A DNA stretch of 64,000 nucleotides from Blepharisma stoltei ATCC 30299 (Eukaryota > Protista > Ciliophora): NCBI GenBank assembly GCA_965603825.1, contig CBFDEM010000018.1, positions 1 through 64,000 on the forward strand. The letters are read 5' to 3'. Each line of letters starts with the position of its first letter. Within the stretch, counting starts at the first letter, position 1. The notes under the pieces were generated by a model. That model saw only the letters and a list, made by a program, of their open reading frames with translations. It did no database searches and had not been told where the DNA came from. Shown piece by piece: positions 14,099 to 25,600 of this stretch. The position numbers and the translations under genes were made by a program.

Positions 14099-15864
14099 AT
14101 GGAGCTTATGCAATGTTTCGAGCCAGGTTGCAACCATGAGGTTGAATACTCGTGTCCATGCACCTCTCCTGATACTCTATCTTGTGAATTTCATTTCGGG
14201 AAGCATTTGAAGCTCCCTAACAGAACTCATGCTTTCAGCTCGATTTTTGTAGAGCCATGCCAAGCTACCAAAGAAGAAATTCTTAAGTTTCTTATAAAGG
14301 CAAACTCAAAAAATAGCAAGCTAAGAGGGAAGATCCTAGCATCCTTTAGCCAGCGCATTTTTGAATCCAAAAATGATATTGAAGAACTCTTAAAAAATTT
14401 GGATTCTGGCTCAGCTCAAATAACCAATTATTTTACAAAAATTTCTCAAGCTCAAAAATTATTCAAATTAGAGCAAGACCCAATTTTAGGACTATTGAGT
14501 TTACAACCTGATGAAGCTATTAAGAAATTAAAAACAATTATCCCAATTAATCAAGAATGGTCCAAAACAGCAAAGATATTTTGTGATCTCAGCGGAAAAA
14601 TTGATAAAATGATTGAGTGCTTTATTGGAGATAAATTTGAAGCTTATTTAGATAAAAGACTGTCTAATATAGAAAACACTCTTCAAGAACACAATAAAGT
14701 TATTAAATCAGTCAATGAAGAGCATAAAAAAATAATTGACTGAACGAACGCTCAGATAGCGAACATTAAAGACTCTATTTCTAAACTAATAAATGAGAAT
14801 AGAAAAAGCGAGAGGGATCTCAAAGACTGGAAAGAAGAAATGATCCCTAAAACAACAAATGAAATAGACCTGCTTGATTTTCAAATAATTAAGACGACCC
14901 AAGACCTTAGCAAAAATAATGAATCAGAAAAGGTCCAAGAGATCCTTAAGAGCTAAGGGAGAAGAGATCCGAAATTTTAAATAGACCAAATGACCCAGAG
15001 TTAGAACAAGACTTTAGAAAAACCTGCTCAAAATACAGAAGCAATGCCTGTGTTGATGATCCTACTCTTCAGCAAGCTTATGGAGATTATATTAATGCTT
15101 ATCGCAAAAAAACATCACTTTATACTATTACAAGAAATGGCATCAGAACTAATTTAACTATTTATGATACAGAAAATGATAGTAAGGAAACCAGGATAGT
15201 AGAGACTCCTGAACCACTGGACAATTGCACTTGCATTGCTCAGCTTCCTAATGGTAGTTTATTTTGCTTTGGTAGAGACAATCCAGGTTCTGGAGTTTCA
15301 TTGATAATTGATGAGAATTATAGAGTTCAGCAGCTGCCATCTGGAACTCCTTGCTGAAACTCATCAGCTATCTATTTCAATAGCAGTGTTTATTGCTTTG
15401 GAGGATATAAACAACGTTATTTAAATCTATCAGAAAGATTTGACTTAAATGAAAACAGATGAATTAAATTAAAGCCGCTGCCAAAACCTGATTTCAAATG
15501 CAATAGTGTAATATTTAACGGGAATATTGTGATTTCTGGAAATATTAGTCAACATCTTGTGAGGTATTCAATTAGTAGCAACACTTTCACAACAATTCCT
15601 TATAAATTTAGAGATGCTAGACACAAGATTCTTATAAGTGCAGAAAGACTGTATTTAATTGAATCTGATGGAGCATTCTGTGAAAGTGAATTGTCAAATG
15701 ACACTGCCTGGAGGCGAATTGGAAACTCAGCAATAAGATCTGATTTGGATCAAGTTTATTTGTCATATAATAAAGGAGGAATAAACATTGCAATCTATCG
15801 TTCTAATCCCATTAGTTACTTCAAGTTTAATTTAGAAACAAAAAACATAACTAAACTAGATTAA
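14099..15864 (+). CDS. Cys/His (B-box-like) + helical region + kelch-like repeats; 2-nt insertion at ~14946 causes a frameshift
   Basis: CFEPGC..CPC..CEFH..H..H start; the C-terminal half is paralogous to 10540-11541; ATCC[TT]AAGAGCTA versus paralog ATCCAAGAGCTA gives TAA at 14954-14956. Confidence 0.8.
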
Positions 15865-15939
15865 AATAATTTGCTAATATATAGGCTTTATTTAATAATC
15901 TTTTGCTATTAACTCTTTAGCTCTGTAAAATTACCGCAT

Positions 15940-16030
15940 AGGTCAATTTATTTATATTTGTTGGACGGAGAGCATTACTTCAAGTTTGATTTGGCTTCAA
16001 AGAGATTGAATAAATCAGAAGAATTATAAA
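15940..16030 (+). pseudogene. Remnant 3' end of another kelch-like paralog
   Basis: CATTACTTCAAGTTTGATTTGG (HYFKFDL) resembles the SYFKFNLETK ends of the 11541 and 15864 genes. Confidence 0.5.
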
Positions 16031-16215
16031 ATGATTAGTTAGAAGAATTTTTAATGGTTTTTATATATAAATGTAAGGATTGCTAATGCTTTATCATAAA
16101 TTACACTTCTTTAGATGTTCCTAAAATGTTTTTAATTTCACCTAAGTATTAGAATTCTAAATTATTTTTTAGATATTTATATGCAATGCATATTAGGAAT
16201 ATAAATTGTAATAAT

Positions 16216-18497
16216 ATGAGCACTATAGGATGCTTTGAGCCAGAGTGCGACAGTGAAGTTGAACTTTTATGCAATTGCACTTCACCTGTGATTTATTCTT
16301 GCTTAAAACACATAGTGAAGCATTGCGAATCTAGCGAAGGACCTCATAATTTTAGCTCGATTTTTGTAAAGCCCGTTGAAGGCACAAAAGAAGCAATCCT
16401 TGGCTTTCTTATGGAAGAAAAGTCGAAAATTGAAGAAATGAAGGCAAATATAATAGCATCCTTTACTCAAACTCTTTGTAGTTATAAAAATAGTTTTAAG
16501 CAAGTTCTAAAAGAAATCGACTCTGATTCTACAAAAATTGGTAGCTATGTTGAAAAAATCTTTCAAGTACAAAAGCTATCGAGAATGGAGAAAGATCCAG
16601 CTTTAAATTTGTTAGCCTTGCAGTCAAATGAAGCTGTTGAAAAAGCCAAAGCAATGCTTACAGAAATATCAAATAATAATATCGTGCTATTTTGTGAAAT
16701 ATGAGGGCAAATTGATGAAGTTATCAAGAGCTTTCACAGAGAAAAGTCCAAAGGAATTCCATATGAAGCGCATTCTGAATTGAAAAACATTCATAATGGC
16801 TTTGAAAAGGAAGGGGAGAATTTACAGCCAGAATTAAGTAAGTATAAAGAAGCTATCAGAATTGATCTAAATAATCCTGACTCATACAATGGCATAGGAG
16901 ATATCTTCTATAATGAAGGGAGATATGAAGAAGCAGTAAAACATTACAACGATGCAATTAGAATCAACCCAAACTGTTCAATTTATTATAGAAATAAAGG
17001 AAATGCTCTTAGAGAGTTAGGGAGAAGAGAAGAAGCTATGGAATGCTATAAAGAAGCTATCAGAATTGATCCAAATAATGCTGATGCATACAATGGCATA
17101 CGATGTATCTTCTATAATGAAGGGAGATATGAAGAAGCAGTAAACTATTACAGCGATGCAATTAGAATCAATCCAAATTCTGCAATTTTATACAATAATA
17201 AAGGAGATGCTCTATATGAGTTAGGGAGAAGAGAAGAAGCTATGGAATGCTATAAAGAAGCTATCAGAATTGATCCAAATAATCATTATGCATACAATGG
17301 CATAGGAAATATCTTCTATAATGAAAAGAGATATGAAGAAGAGTAAAACATTACAACGATGCAATTAGAATCAACCCAAACGATGCAATTTATTATACAA
17401 ATAAAGGAGAAGCTCTTAGAGATAGAGGCAGAAGAGAAGAAGCTATGAAATGCTATAAAGAAGCTATTAGAATTGATCCAAATAATCATTATGCATACAA
17501 TTGCATAGGAAAAATCTTCTATAATGAAAAGAGATATAAAGAAGCAGTAAAACATTACAACGATGCAATTAGAATCAATCCAAGTGAAGCATGCTATTTT
17601 TTATGGAAAGGAGATGCTCTTAGAGAGTTAGGGAGAAGAGAAGAAGCTATGGAATGCTATAAAGAAGCTATCAGAATTGATCCAAATAATGCTGATGCAT
17701 ACATTGGCATAGGAATTATCTTCCTTAATGAAAAGAGATATGAAGAAGCAGTGAAACATTACAACGATGCAATTAGAATCAACCCAAACTGTGCATTTTA
17801 TTATTCAAATAAAGGAAATGCTCTATATAAGTTAAGTAGAAGAGAAGAAGCTATGGAATGCTATAAAGAAGCTATCAGAATTGATCCAAATTATGCTGAT
17901 GCATACAATGGCATAGGAAAAATCTTCTATAAAGAAGAGAGATATGAAGAAGCAGTAAACTGTTACAGCGATGCAATTATATTCAACCCAAACGATGCAA
18001 TTTATTATAATAATAAAGGAGATGCTCTATATGAGTTAGAGAGAAGAGAAGAAGTTATGGAATGCTATAAAGAAGCTATCAGAATTCATCCAAATAATGC
18101 TGATGCATACATTCGCATAGGACTTATCTTCCTTAATGAAAAGAGATATGAAGAAGCAGTAAAACATTACAACGATGCAATTAGAATCAACCCAAACTGT
18201 TGAATTTATTATAGAAATAAAAGAAATGCACTTAGAGAGTTAGGGAGAAGAGAAGAAGCTATGGAATGCTATAAAGAAGCTATTAGAATTGATCCAAATA
18301 ATCATTATGCATACAATTGCATAGGAAACATCTTCTATAATGAAAAGAGATATAAAGAAGCAGTAAAACATTACAACGATGCAATTAGAATCAATCCAAA
18401 CTCTGCAAACTATTACTTTAATAAAGGAAATGCTCTATATGAGTTAGGCAGAATAGAAGAAACAGTGAAATGCTTGAACAAAGCGAGGAGTTTATAA
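16216..18497 (+). CDS. Cys/His (B-box-like) + helical region + ~16 TPR motifs; 1-nt deletion at ~17342
   Basis: MSTIGCFEPEC..CNC..CLKH..H..H; TGA read-through at 16702 and 18201; GAAGAAG-AGTAAAA versus repeat consensus GAAGAAGCAGTAAAA shifts the frame. Confidence 0.85.
16840..18480 (+). repeat. Tandem 204-bp (2 x 34-aa TPR) repeat array, ~8 units
   Basis: Recurring GAATGCTATAAAGAAGCTATCAGAATTGATCCAAAT ... AAACATTACAACGATGCAATTAGAATCAACCCAAAC units at high nucleotide identity. Confidence 0.95.
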
Positions 18498-18899
18498 ATG
18501 CTTAATCTTATCAATAATAAAGTATATTGTAGAGATTTTCTTATTAGTATATATCATATAAATTATTAAATATATAGGATTTACATTAAAGTTACAGATT
18601 CATTAGAAAAGCCAAAGGGACATTATATAGGGAACTAAACAAAATGCAATTTTTAGAAAGCTACGGAAAATGAATTAAGAGATTAAGATATATAGGAGCA
18701 GTCAAATTGCCATGCGCAGATTAAAGCCTATATATTAATTAAAATTTCATAATAAGTATATACAATTAAACTTTTAAAATGACTGATAATTAATTTCGAA
18801 ATAAAAGGATGGCAGCTTTAAATTTTTCATCACTTAATCCTCATTTGACAAAATAAATTATTTCGGGTTTGTTTTGTGGCACCTACAATTAAAAGCATA

Positions 18900-19342
18900 A
18901 TAATTTTTTTTGTAATGAAGATTTAAAGTAAATTCAAGAGTCTGACTGATTTCTCCAGACAGTTTTTCTACTACAATGTTAACTACTCTAGCTTCATTAA
19001 GAACTCCTTGAACCACCATATAATTGCTATATCCTCTTCCCTTCCAAATTGCATCAACCTAAATATCAAAATGCCTCACAAATTCAGGAATCATCTCACA
19101 ACCCAGCTCGATTTCAATATCAAAAGTATTCTCCCTACCAAAGCTTTTACCATTCCACATAATTCTTTTTTCTTTTATTTCTAATTGGAAATCAGATGGC
19201 TTCATATCGAAATGAAGCCCGCTAAGATAAATATCTCCAAATTTTTCAATACAAATCATACTAGTCACTCCAGAAACATCATTATAATGGCATTCATCAA
19301 CATCCTAGTCATTGTCTTTTTCTTTACTAATTTTATTATGCA
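18900..19342 (-). pseudogene. Degenerate coding fragment, possibly CS/p23-like
   Basis: Frame ..GLHFDMKPSDFQLEIKEKRIMWNGKSFGRENTFDIEIEL.. interrupted by in-frame TAG codons; the domain guess is weak. Confidence 0.35.
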
Positions 19343-19624
19343 AAATAATTCTATTATTAGTGTCTTTTAATATATATTAATTTTGCATTACCTTAATAAA
19401 AAATTTTGATAGAAAAAGAAGATAACTGTAAATTCATATCAAAAAGATCAATCTTTTTCTGCTGTAGCTTAAGAGAGCTTGTGTCATGATAAACCACTTA
19501 TTGATTGAGAGGATTTCCCGCAAGAACAGAGTAATCAGGGAGTTGGTCTCAATCTCTTACAGAGTTCCATGAATTCTCTGCAATAACTCTTCCTCTGGAG
19601 TACAAGTTTCTTTTTTGGCATTCA

Positions 19625-19942
19625 TTAAATCATGCATTTATAGGCTCTATGAACTTCTTTATATAAAGCAGTCCAGCATAAATCCTCGGGCTACTTTTAC
19701 AACCACATTCGTATCTTTAAATTTTGCGCCACAATACCCTTGCCAGTATTCCGCATCTTGTCCTTGCTCAATCCACCTCACAACGGCAACATTATGAACA
19801 GGAATTTCTAGTGAAATTAATTTTCACTTATCACTAGCCATCCTTTCATTAGAGGTTACTGACATAATCATCCTCCCATTGCTATCAAAAGCTTCTAAAG
19901 TGACAAAAAGTGGGTCATTCACATTCAGGCCAGTTATGATAC
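19625..19942 (-). pseudogene. 5'-truncated F-box-associated (FBA, Fbs-type sugar-binding) domain fragment
   Basis: Translates (TGA=W) LFVTLEAFDSNG..KWKLISLEI..VAVVRWIEQGQDAEYWQGYCGAKFKDTNVVV, resembling the G(K/Q)D.Q.W.G.YG signature; no in-frame upstream ATG. Confidence 0.6.
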
Positions 19943-20032
19943 CTAGTTAATATAATTAACTATTTGATGTACTGAATTTTAAGGATTTAAACCTTAAAAT
20001 CTTTTGAACAATTATATTGCCTTAATAAAATA

Positions 20033-21839
20033 ATGGCTTGGTGGAAAGAGTTTGGCCAGGACCCCAGTGAAGAATTTGAAAGCGAGATTGAAGACGAAGA
20101 AGAATATTACGAAGATGAAGAAGAATATTCTCAAGAAGAGCCTAATCAAAAAGTCGTTTTTAGGGAAAGAGAAGAAGTCGCCTCAATGGGTCAAAATCTG
20201 TATCGAGAACTGTTGGTTAATACTTCAAACAAAGGCAAGCAAGAAAATATTATAAAAAATTATGAGACATCAAAAAAGATATACAATGACGAGCAGTTCC
20301 CTGCTGGTCTTTCAAGCTTGTGCCATGATTGGCTTTTACCAAACTTCCAGTGTAAAAAGCGTAATTGGAAAACTTTTCAATGGAAGCGTGCTTCAGAATT
20401 ATTTAAGCAGCCTATAAAGGTGTTTAATAATATTGATCCAAATGATATTATGCAAGGACTTTCAGGACTTGGCGACTGCTATTTGCTATCAACGTTATGG
20501 ACTGATTATATAGTAGACGATTTTTTCCCATGCTTCACATCGAACGAAATTGCCTTTGCAGGATCTCGAATTGAACGAGGAGTTTCTGAATTGTGGGTTT
20601 TATTGCTAGAAAAAGCTTGGGCAAAACGATTTGGAAGCTACTGAGCAATTGATGGAGGTTTTGCTGAGCATTCACTAAGGGATTTGACAGGAGGACCTTG
20701 CGAGTTTATTCCTATAAACGACGAATCACTATGAGATAGAATGTTTGAAGCAAATGAGAAAAATTGGATTATTTGTGCTAGCAGTTATGAAGAAGATGGA
20801 GCTCAAGACTGTGAATCCGATGGGCCTCGTAATGGGCCATGCTTATGCTGTAATTGACACCAAAGAAGTGACTTCAAGAAGAGGTAAAGAGCAAATTCTT
20901 CAAATAAGAAATCCATGGGGAAACCAAGAGTGGAAAGGTGACTGGTCAGACTCTTCAGACTTATGGACTCCTCAATTGAAAAAGCAGTGTGGATGGTCTA
21001 ATTCAGATGATGGAACTTTTTGGATACCTTTCGAAGACTTTGCTCAATATTTTGTAAACGTCACTATTTGCAGAGTTCACGATAATTATTATTATGAAGG
21101 ACTTCACCATACTCAAGGACAGGGACAGTTTGCAGTTTATAAAGTAACACTTTCCAAGCCTGGAAGTACGTATTTTATAACAACTCAAGTAGATGAAAGA
21201 AGATTTAATGAAGAAGATGGCTATCAATTTTCGCCAGCCAGGATCATTGTTGGGAAACTAAACCAAAGAAAGCAAGGAGGCAAAGGTCGTCGCCTAACGT
21301 TTATTAGTGGTTTCTGTGATATAATGCAAAGAGACATTTGAACGATGAATGAACTTGAAGTAGGAACTTATTTAGTTTACGTCCAAATGGACTGAATACA
21401 AGACGTAACTGAAGACTATGGCTTTTCAGTTTATTCAGAGTCCCCAGTCAAGCTTGAAGACGTCACTTTTCAAGAGAAAAATTTTCTTTATGATGTCTAT
21501 ACCTACAACTTGGCAAAGCAAACAGTTGATCCAAGTTTACTCTCAGAAAATATTTACTTTTATGAAGTTGAGCGTCTTGGACCTGGGGAAGATGGGAAAT
21601 GTATGGAAGGAATTATGTTTGATGTAATTAGAAATAAATCAGAAGACCTCATTATTGAATTAGAAGTGCTCCATAAATCATTAGAAAATGTAGAACTTGT
21701 GGGAATTTATGAAGGGAAAGACTCGTATAAAATAAAATTGAAACCAGAAGAGAAAAAGGTTGTTGTTAAAAGACAAGTGATTTTAACTGAAGAGATAGAT
21801 TGCAGAGTAACCAAGACAAAGAAAATAATAGCTATTTAA
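20033..21839 (+). CDS. Calpain-family cysteine protease (CysPc + domain III); internal deletion and frameshift, probably defective
   Basis: QG..LGDCYLLS, VDDFFP, ELWVLLLEKAWAK..GSY, DLTGGP, GHAYAV, IRNPWG..EWKGDWSD; frame change near 20815; the ~40 aa normally found between LLSTL and W..IVDD is absent. Confidence 0.85.
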
Positions 21840-22610
21840 TAAGGAAAAAAATTATTATTTAATAAATTGCAAGAATGATAACAAATTATATGAAATTTAT
21901 TTAATTCCAAGCAAATAAATTTAGCTAGGTTTTGGGTACTTTTACAATCTAATAGAGAAGGTATATTGCTAAGTACTGTAAAAGTGATCAAAGGTTAAAA
22001 TTTCGAATTCAATTTAAAAGCTTTGTTTTTTCGAATCTGCAATCGGAAATTACAATAAAAAGGCTTAAAAGTTCAAATTAGGTAAAATTGTTTTTAAAGA
22101 CTCAAACAAATATTGGATTTAAATTGTTTAATTAAGCATAGATAGATTTAAATTTATTATAAATAACTATTAATTTTATAAAAGCACTAATACGGTGAAA
22201 TTTGTTGCCAAAAACATAAAGAAAATTATTACAATAATTTAAGCCTTCTTAATTTTTAAACATTTTAAAATGATAAATGATTAAATATTTCAATTTATAT
22301 ATTTAAATATTCTAAGATAAATCTTTAATGTATATATGAAAAAATCTTTGGGATCACAGCTTATTATATTCAATCGGAGAAAAGAATGAGGCTATTGAAA
22401 AAAATAAATTTTCTGTTTGTGAATAATAAAAGTAGCAGTCTTTACTGAGCTTCCATTTATTATGATTATAAACCTAAATTTGTTGTTATTTTTTTTTTCT
22501 TATTGAAAAATTTCAAGGTAAGTCGTTATGCTTCGATAATAATCTGTAGTATAAACTCAAATTTAAATTTTCTTATTAACTTTTTGATTAATTAGTAGTT
22601 TTAATAAACA

Positions 22611-25600
22611 ATGGAAGATGATTTACTAGCAGCATCAAATTTAAAGGCAATTTCCCATACAAGCTCTTCATTAAACTGGTTTCACATATTTTTAATTATC
22701 AAAAACTCATTTTTTGATGCTTTTTCAATAATATATAGCTGCCAAGCAAAGAGAGTTTCTCCAAATAATTCCAATGAAAAACTCCTTCAAATTATATTAA
22801 GTATTATAATTTATCTCCAAATAGCAAGATTTAATTGAAGCAAAGATCTCAATATGAATGATTACATCGGAAAGAATTGAACCATTTTAAGCTATCTGAG
22901 CATTGATCAAATTTGTGCTGATTCAGGATACCTCTATGGCTGTTTTTTAATGTCAAGTATTTCTGTTTTAATATGCGCGATTTTTGTATTTTTGTTTTCA
23001 ATAATAAGCTATCAAAAACTGGCTTTTAAGTCACACATTGCTTTAATTCCAAAAATAATTATGCTTTTTCTATCAACAATAGGATTCATTCCATCCCTTG
23101 TTATTTTTATGTTTACACTAAAAAATTCAATAAGTAAAGAAAACTCAATAGAAGAATATTCTACTTGTACAGACTGCAATTTGAATCTTGGGGCTACTGG
23201 AATTGTTTGATCGCTTATTAATTTGATTTTATTACCAATAATTGCATATGGGAGAGAGATTTTTTCAGCAGAATTAAGACATACTTTTGCATTGAGAAGT
23301 CTCAAAGCAAGAGCTCACTCATCAATAGACATTGAGATGATTTCTTTCTCTATTATTATCTCTGTAACTTACGTTTTAATTAGCGATTACAGCTACTATT
23401 TTCATCAGACAATCCTTGTCCTCTACTCTTTATATATCCTTTACAGAATTCTGAAATATGCTCCGTATTACAATATTTTTTTGAATGCATTAATTTTTGC
23501 TAAAAATTCAGCAATTCTATTTACGACTCTAGCCTTTCTTTTTGGTAATGCTATAGGAGATTCTCAAGTTACAATTGTCTTTTTTTGGCTAATCAACCCA
23601 ATATTAATCTTCATCTCTTTGAATTATGCTATGAAAATAATTAAAGAAATCGGGGAAAACACAAGTTATAATTATGATCAGTATAATTTTGAGCTACGAT
23701 TAAGGAAAACCTTAATGGATGATTCGCCTAGTAATCCCACAAGTGTCCTAACTGAATTCTCAGAAGCTACAAAAAGACGAGGATACAAAGCTGATAAACT
23801 TTTTGTGATTTGGGAGTCCAACTATTGCTTCTACAATCTTGGAGACGAAAGACTAGGAAGGGTAAAATTCTATAAAATTTTTCTTTTCAAGCCCACTATT
23901 GAAGGCTGCTTTCAAGAATGAGCAGTTTCTAGGCTATTTGAAAAAAATAATATTGGGGTTTACGAAGATGTTAGCACTATATATTACTTTCTGGAGTTAG
24001 ACAGCATCAAGGCGAAAGATGAGCTCCTGTGTAACAAGCTTATTGATTTTTGGAACGAATTGACATCTTCAAGGCCAAAAATAGAAAAGCTCAACTTAAT
24101 AGCAGAAACGGTATCAGACACTATGGATGCTGTTAATAATGGATACTCAAAGCTTGTTAAGAATTTCCCAAATCGGGCTTCTTGCCACGATTTATATGGC
24201 TCTTTACAGATTGATATCCTTGGAAAGCAAGAATATGGCAGTAAATTGATAATGAAAAGGGAAAGTCTGCGCATGATAGACCTTCAGGAAAATAAAAATA
24301 AATTTTCACCTTTTTCTGAAAATAATGGGTTCATTATTATTTCTGCTAATAATGACTCATTTGGCACTATTTTCTATGCGAATTCTATAGCAGCTCATAT
24401 TTTAAAGCAAACTATAGGCAGTATTGTTGGTTCAAAAATATTGACTTACATTCCTGAGCCCTATTCCAAAAACCATTATAAATTCATGAGAAGGTACATT
24501 AAAAACTGTGTTAAAACAGAATCAGGCATAGGGATGCCAAATGTTCTCCAAACTGACCGAGGCTATTTGGTGGAGTGCAACTTTGAATTTCATTTGGTTT
24601 CCCTAATTAAAAATATTTATTATGTTCTTGCAATGAAGCCAGTCTCAAAAACAAGAGAAATCGCTTTAGTTTCTGATGATGGGATAGTCCAAGCGCACAG
24701 TGAAAGTTTTTTACATTATATTGAGAGTTCCAAAGAAACTGGAAAAAATGAAAATATCAGTGATTTGATTCCAAACCTCAATTTTGCTCTTCTCAAATCT
24801 CATGTGCCAGTTATGATTGGACACGGTAATAAACACTTGCTATTTGTATTAATTAGGACCACATTAAAATCTACAAGCTTGAATTTATTACTTTTAGTTC
24901 ACAACCAGCAAGAAGTTGAGGAATGAAATCGAGGGGAAGATGAGTTTCAAAAAGAAATGAATGAAGTGACCTTAAAAAATTTCCAGTTATTGGCTTTATC
25001 AAGAAGCGATCTTCGAAGTAACACGTTAAGCAATTCCTTGTACGCAATCAATGCTATGGAAAGAGCAAACCAAAATGAGGAAAAAGATGAGAATAAAATC
25101 AGCGAAAAAGTGGTCTCCAACACTTGGGGAAGCAGCTACTCATCTCTTAGCTTTATAAGTAAGTGATATTTAGACTATGGAGAAAAAAAGAAAAAGAATG
25201 CTCAAATTGCGCTGAAAGTAACCCAATGGACACTTGCAGCATCAATATTAGCGATTATTGGAATGAATATTGGAATTTTGTTTTATATTAAAACAGAAAT
25301 TCAGCATTCAAATGACTTATCAAAGGCGGAACACTTCGCCTCCATAATGCTGCAGATAACTAGGATTGCGGGGTTATCAAGAGCAATAGACTTTGCAACA
25401 ACTTATAATGGCCTTAACACGACGTTTTTAGAATCCTGTTTCAATACAAGCTTAGCTATTTTGAGCTCACTTCAAAGCACGATCTTGGCTGACTATGATG
25501 AGTGGAGCTACTGTTCAAGCTCAGAAATGGTGACAAATGAAATAATTCCAATATGAACCCGAGATACCTTGCACACTAACTCTCATTACAATTTTTATGA

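Noticed and set aside
16840-18480. CRISPR array or diversity-generating retroelement behind the repeat variation
   Set aside because: The units are in-frame TPR coding repeats without spacers; substitutions are not adenine-specific and no reverse transcriptase is present
14930-20830. Tiny introns explaining the frameshifts at 14946, 17342 and 20815
   Set aside because: No 15/16-nt GT..AG restores the frame; paralog alignment shows simple indels for the first two
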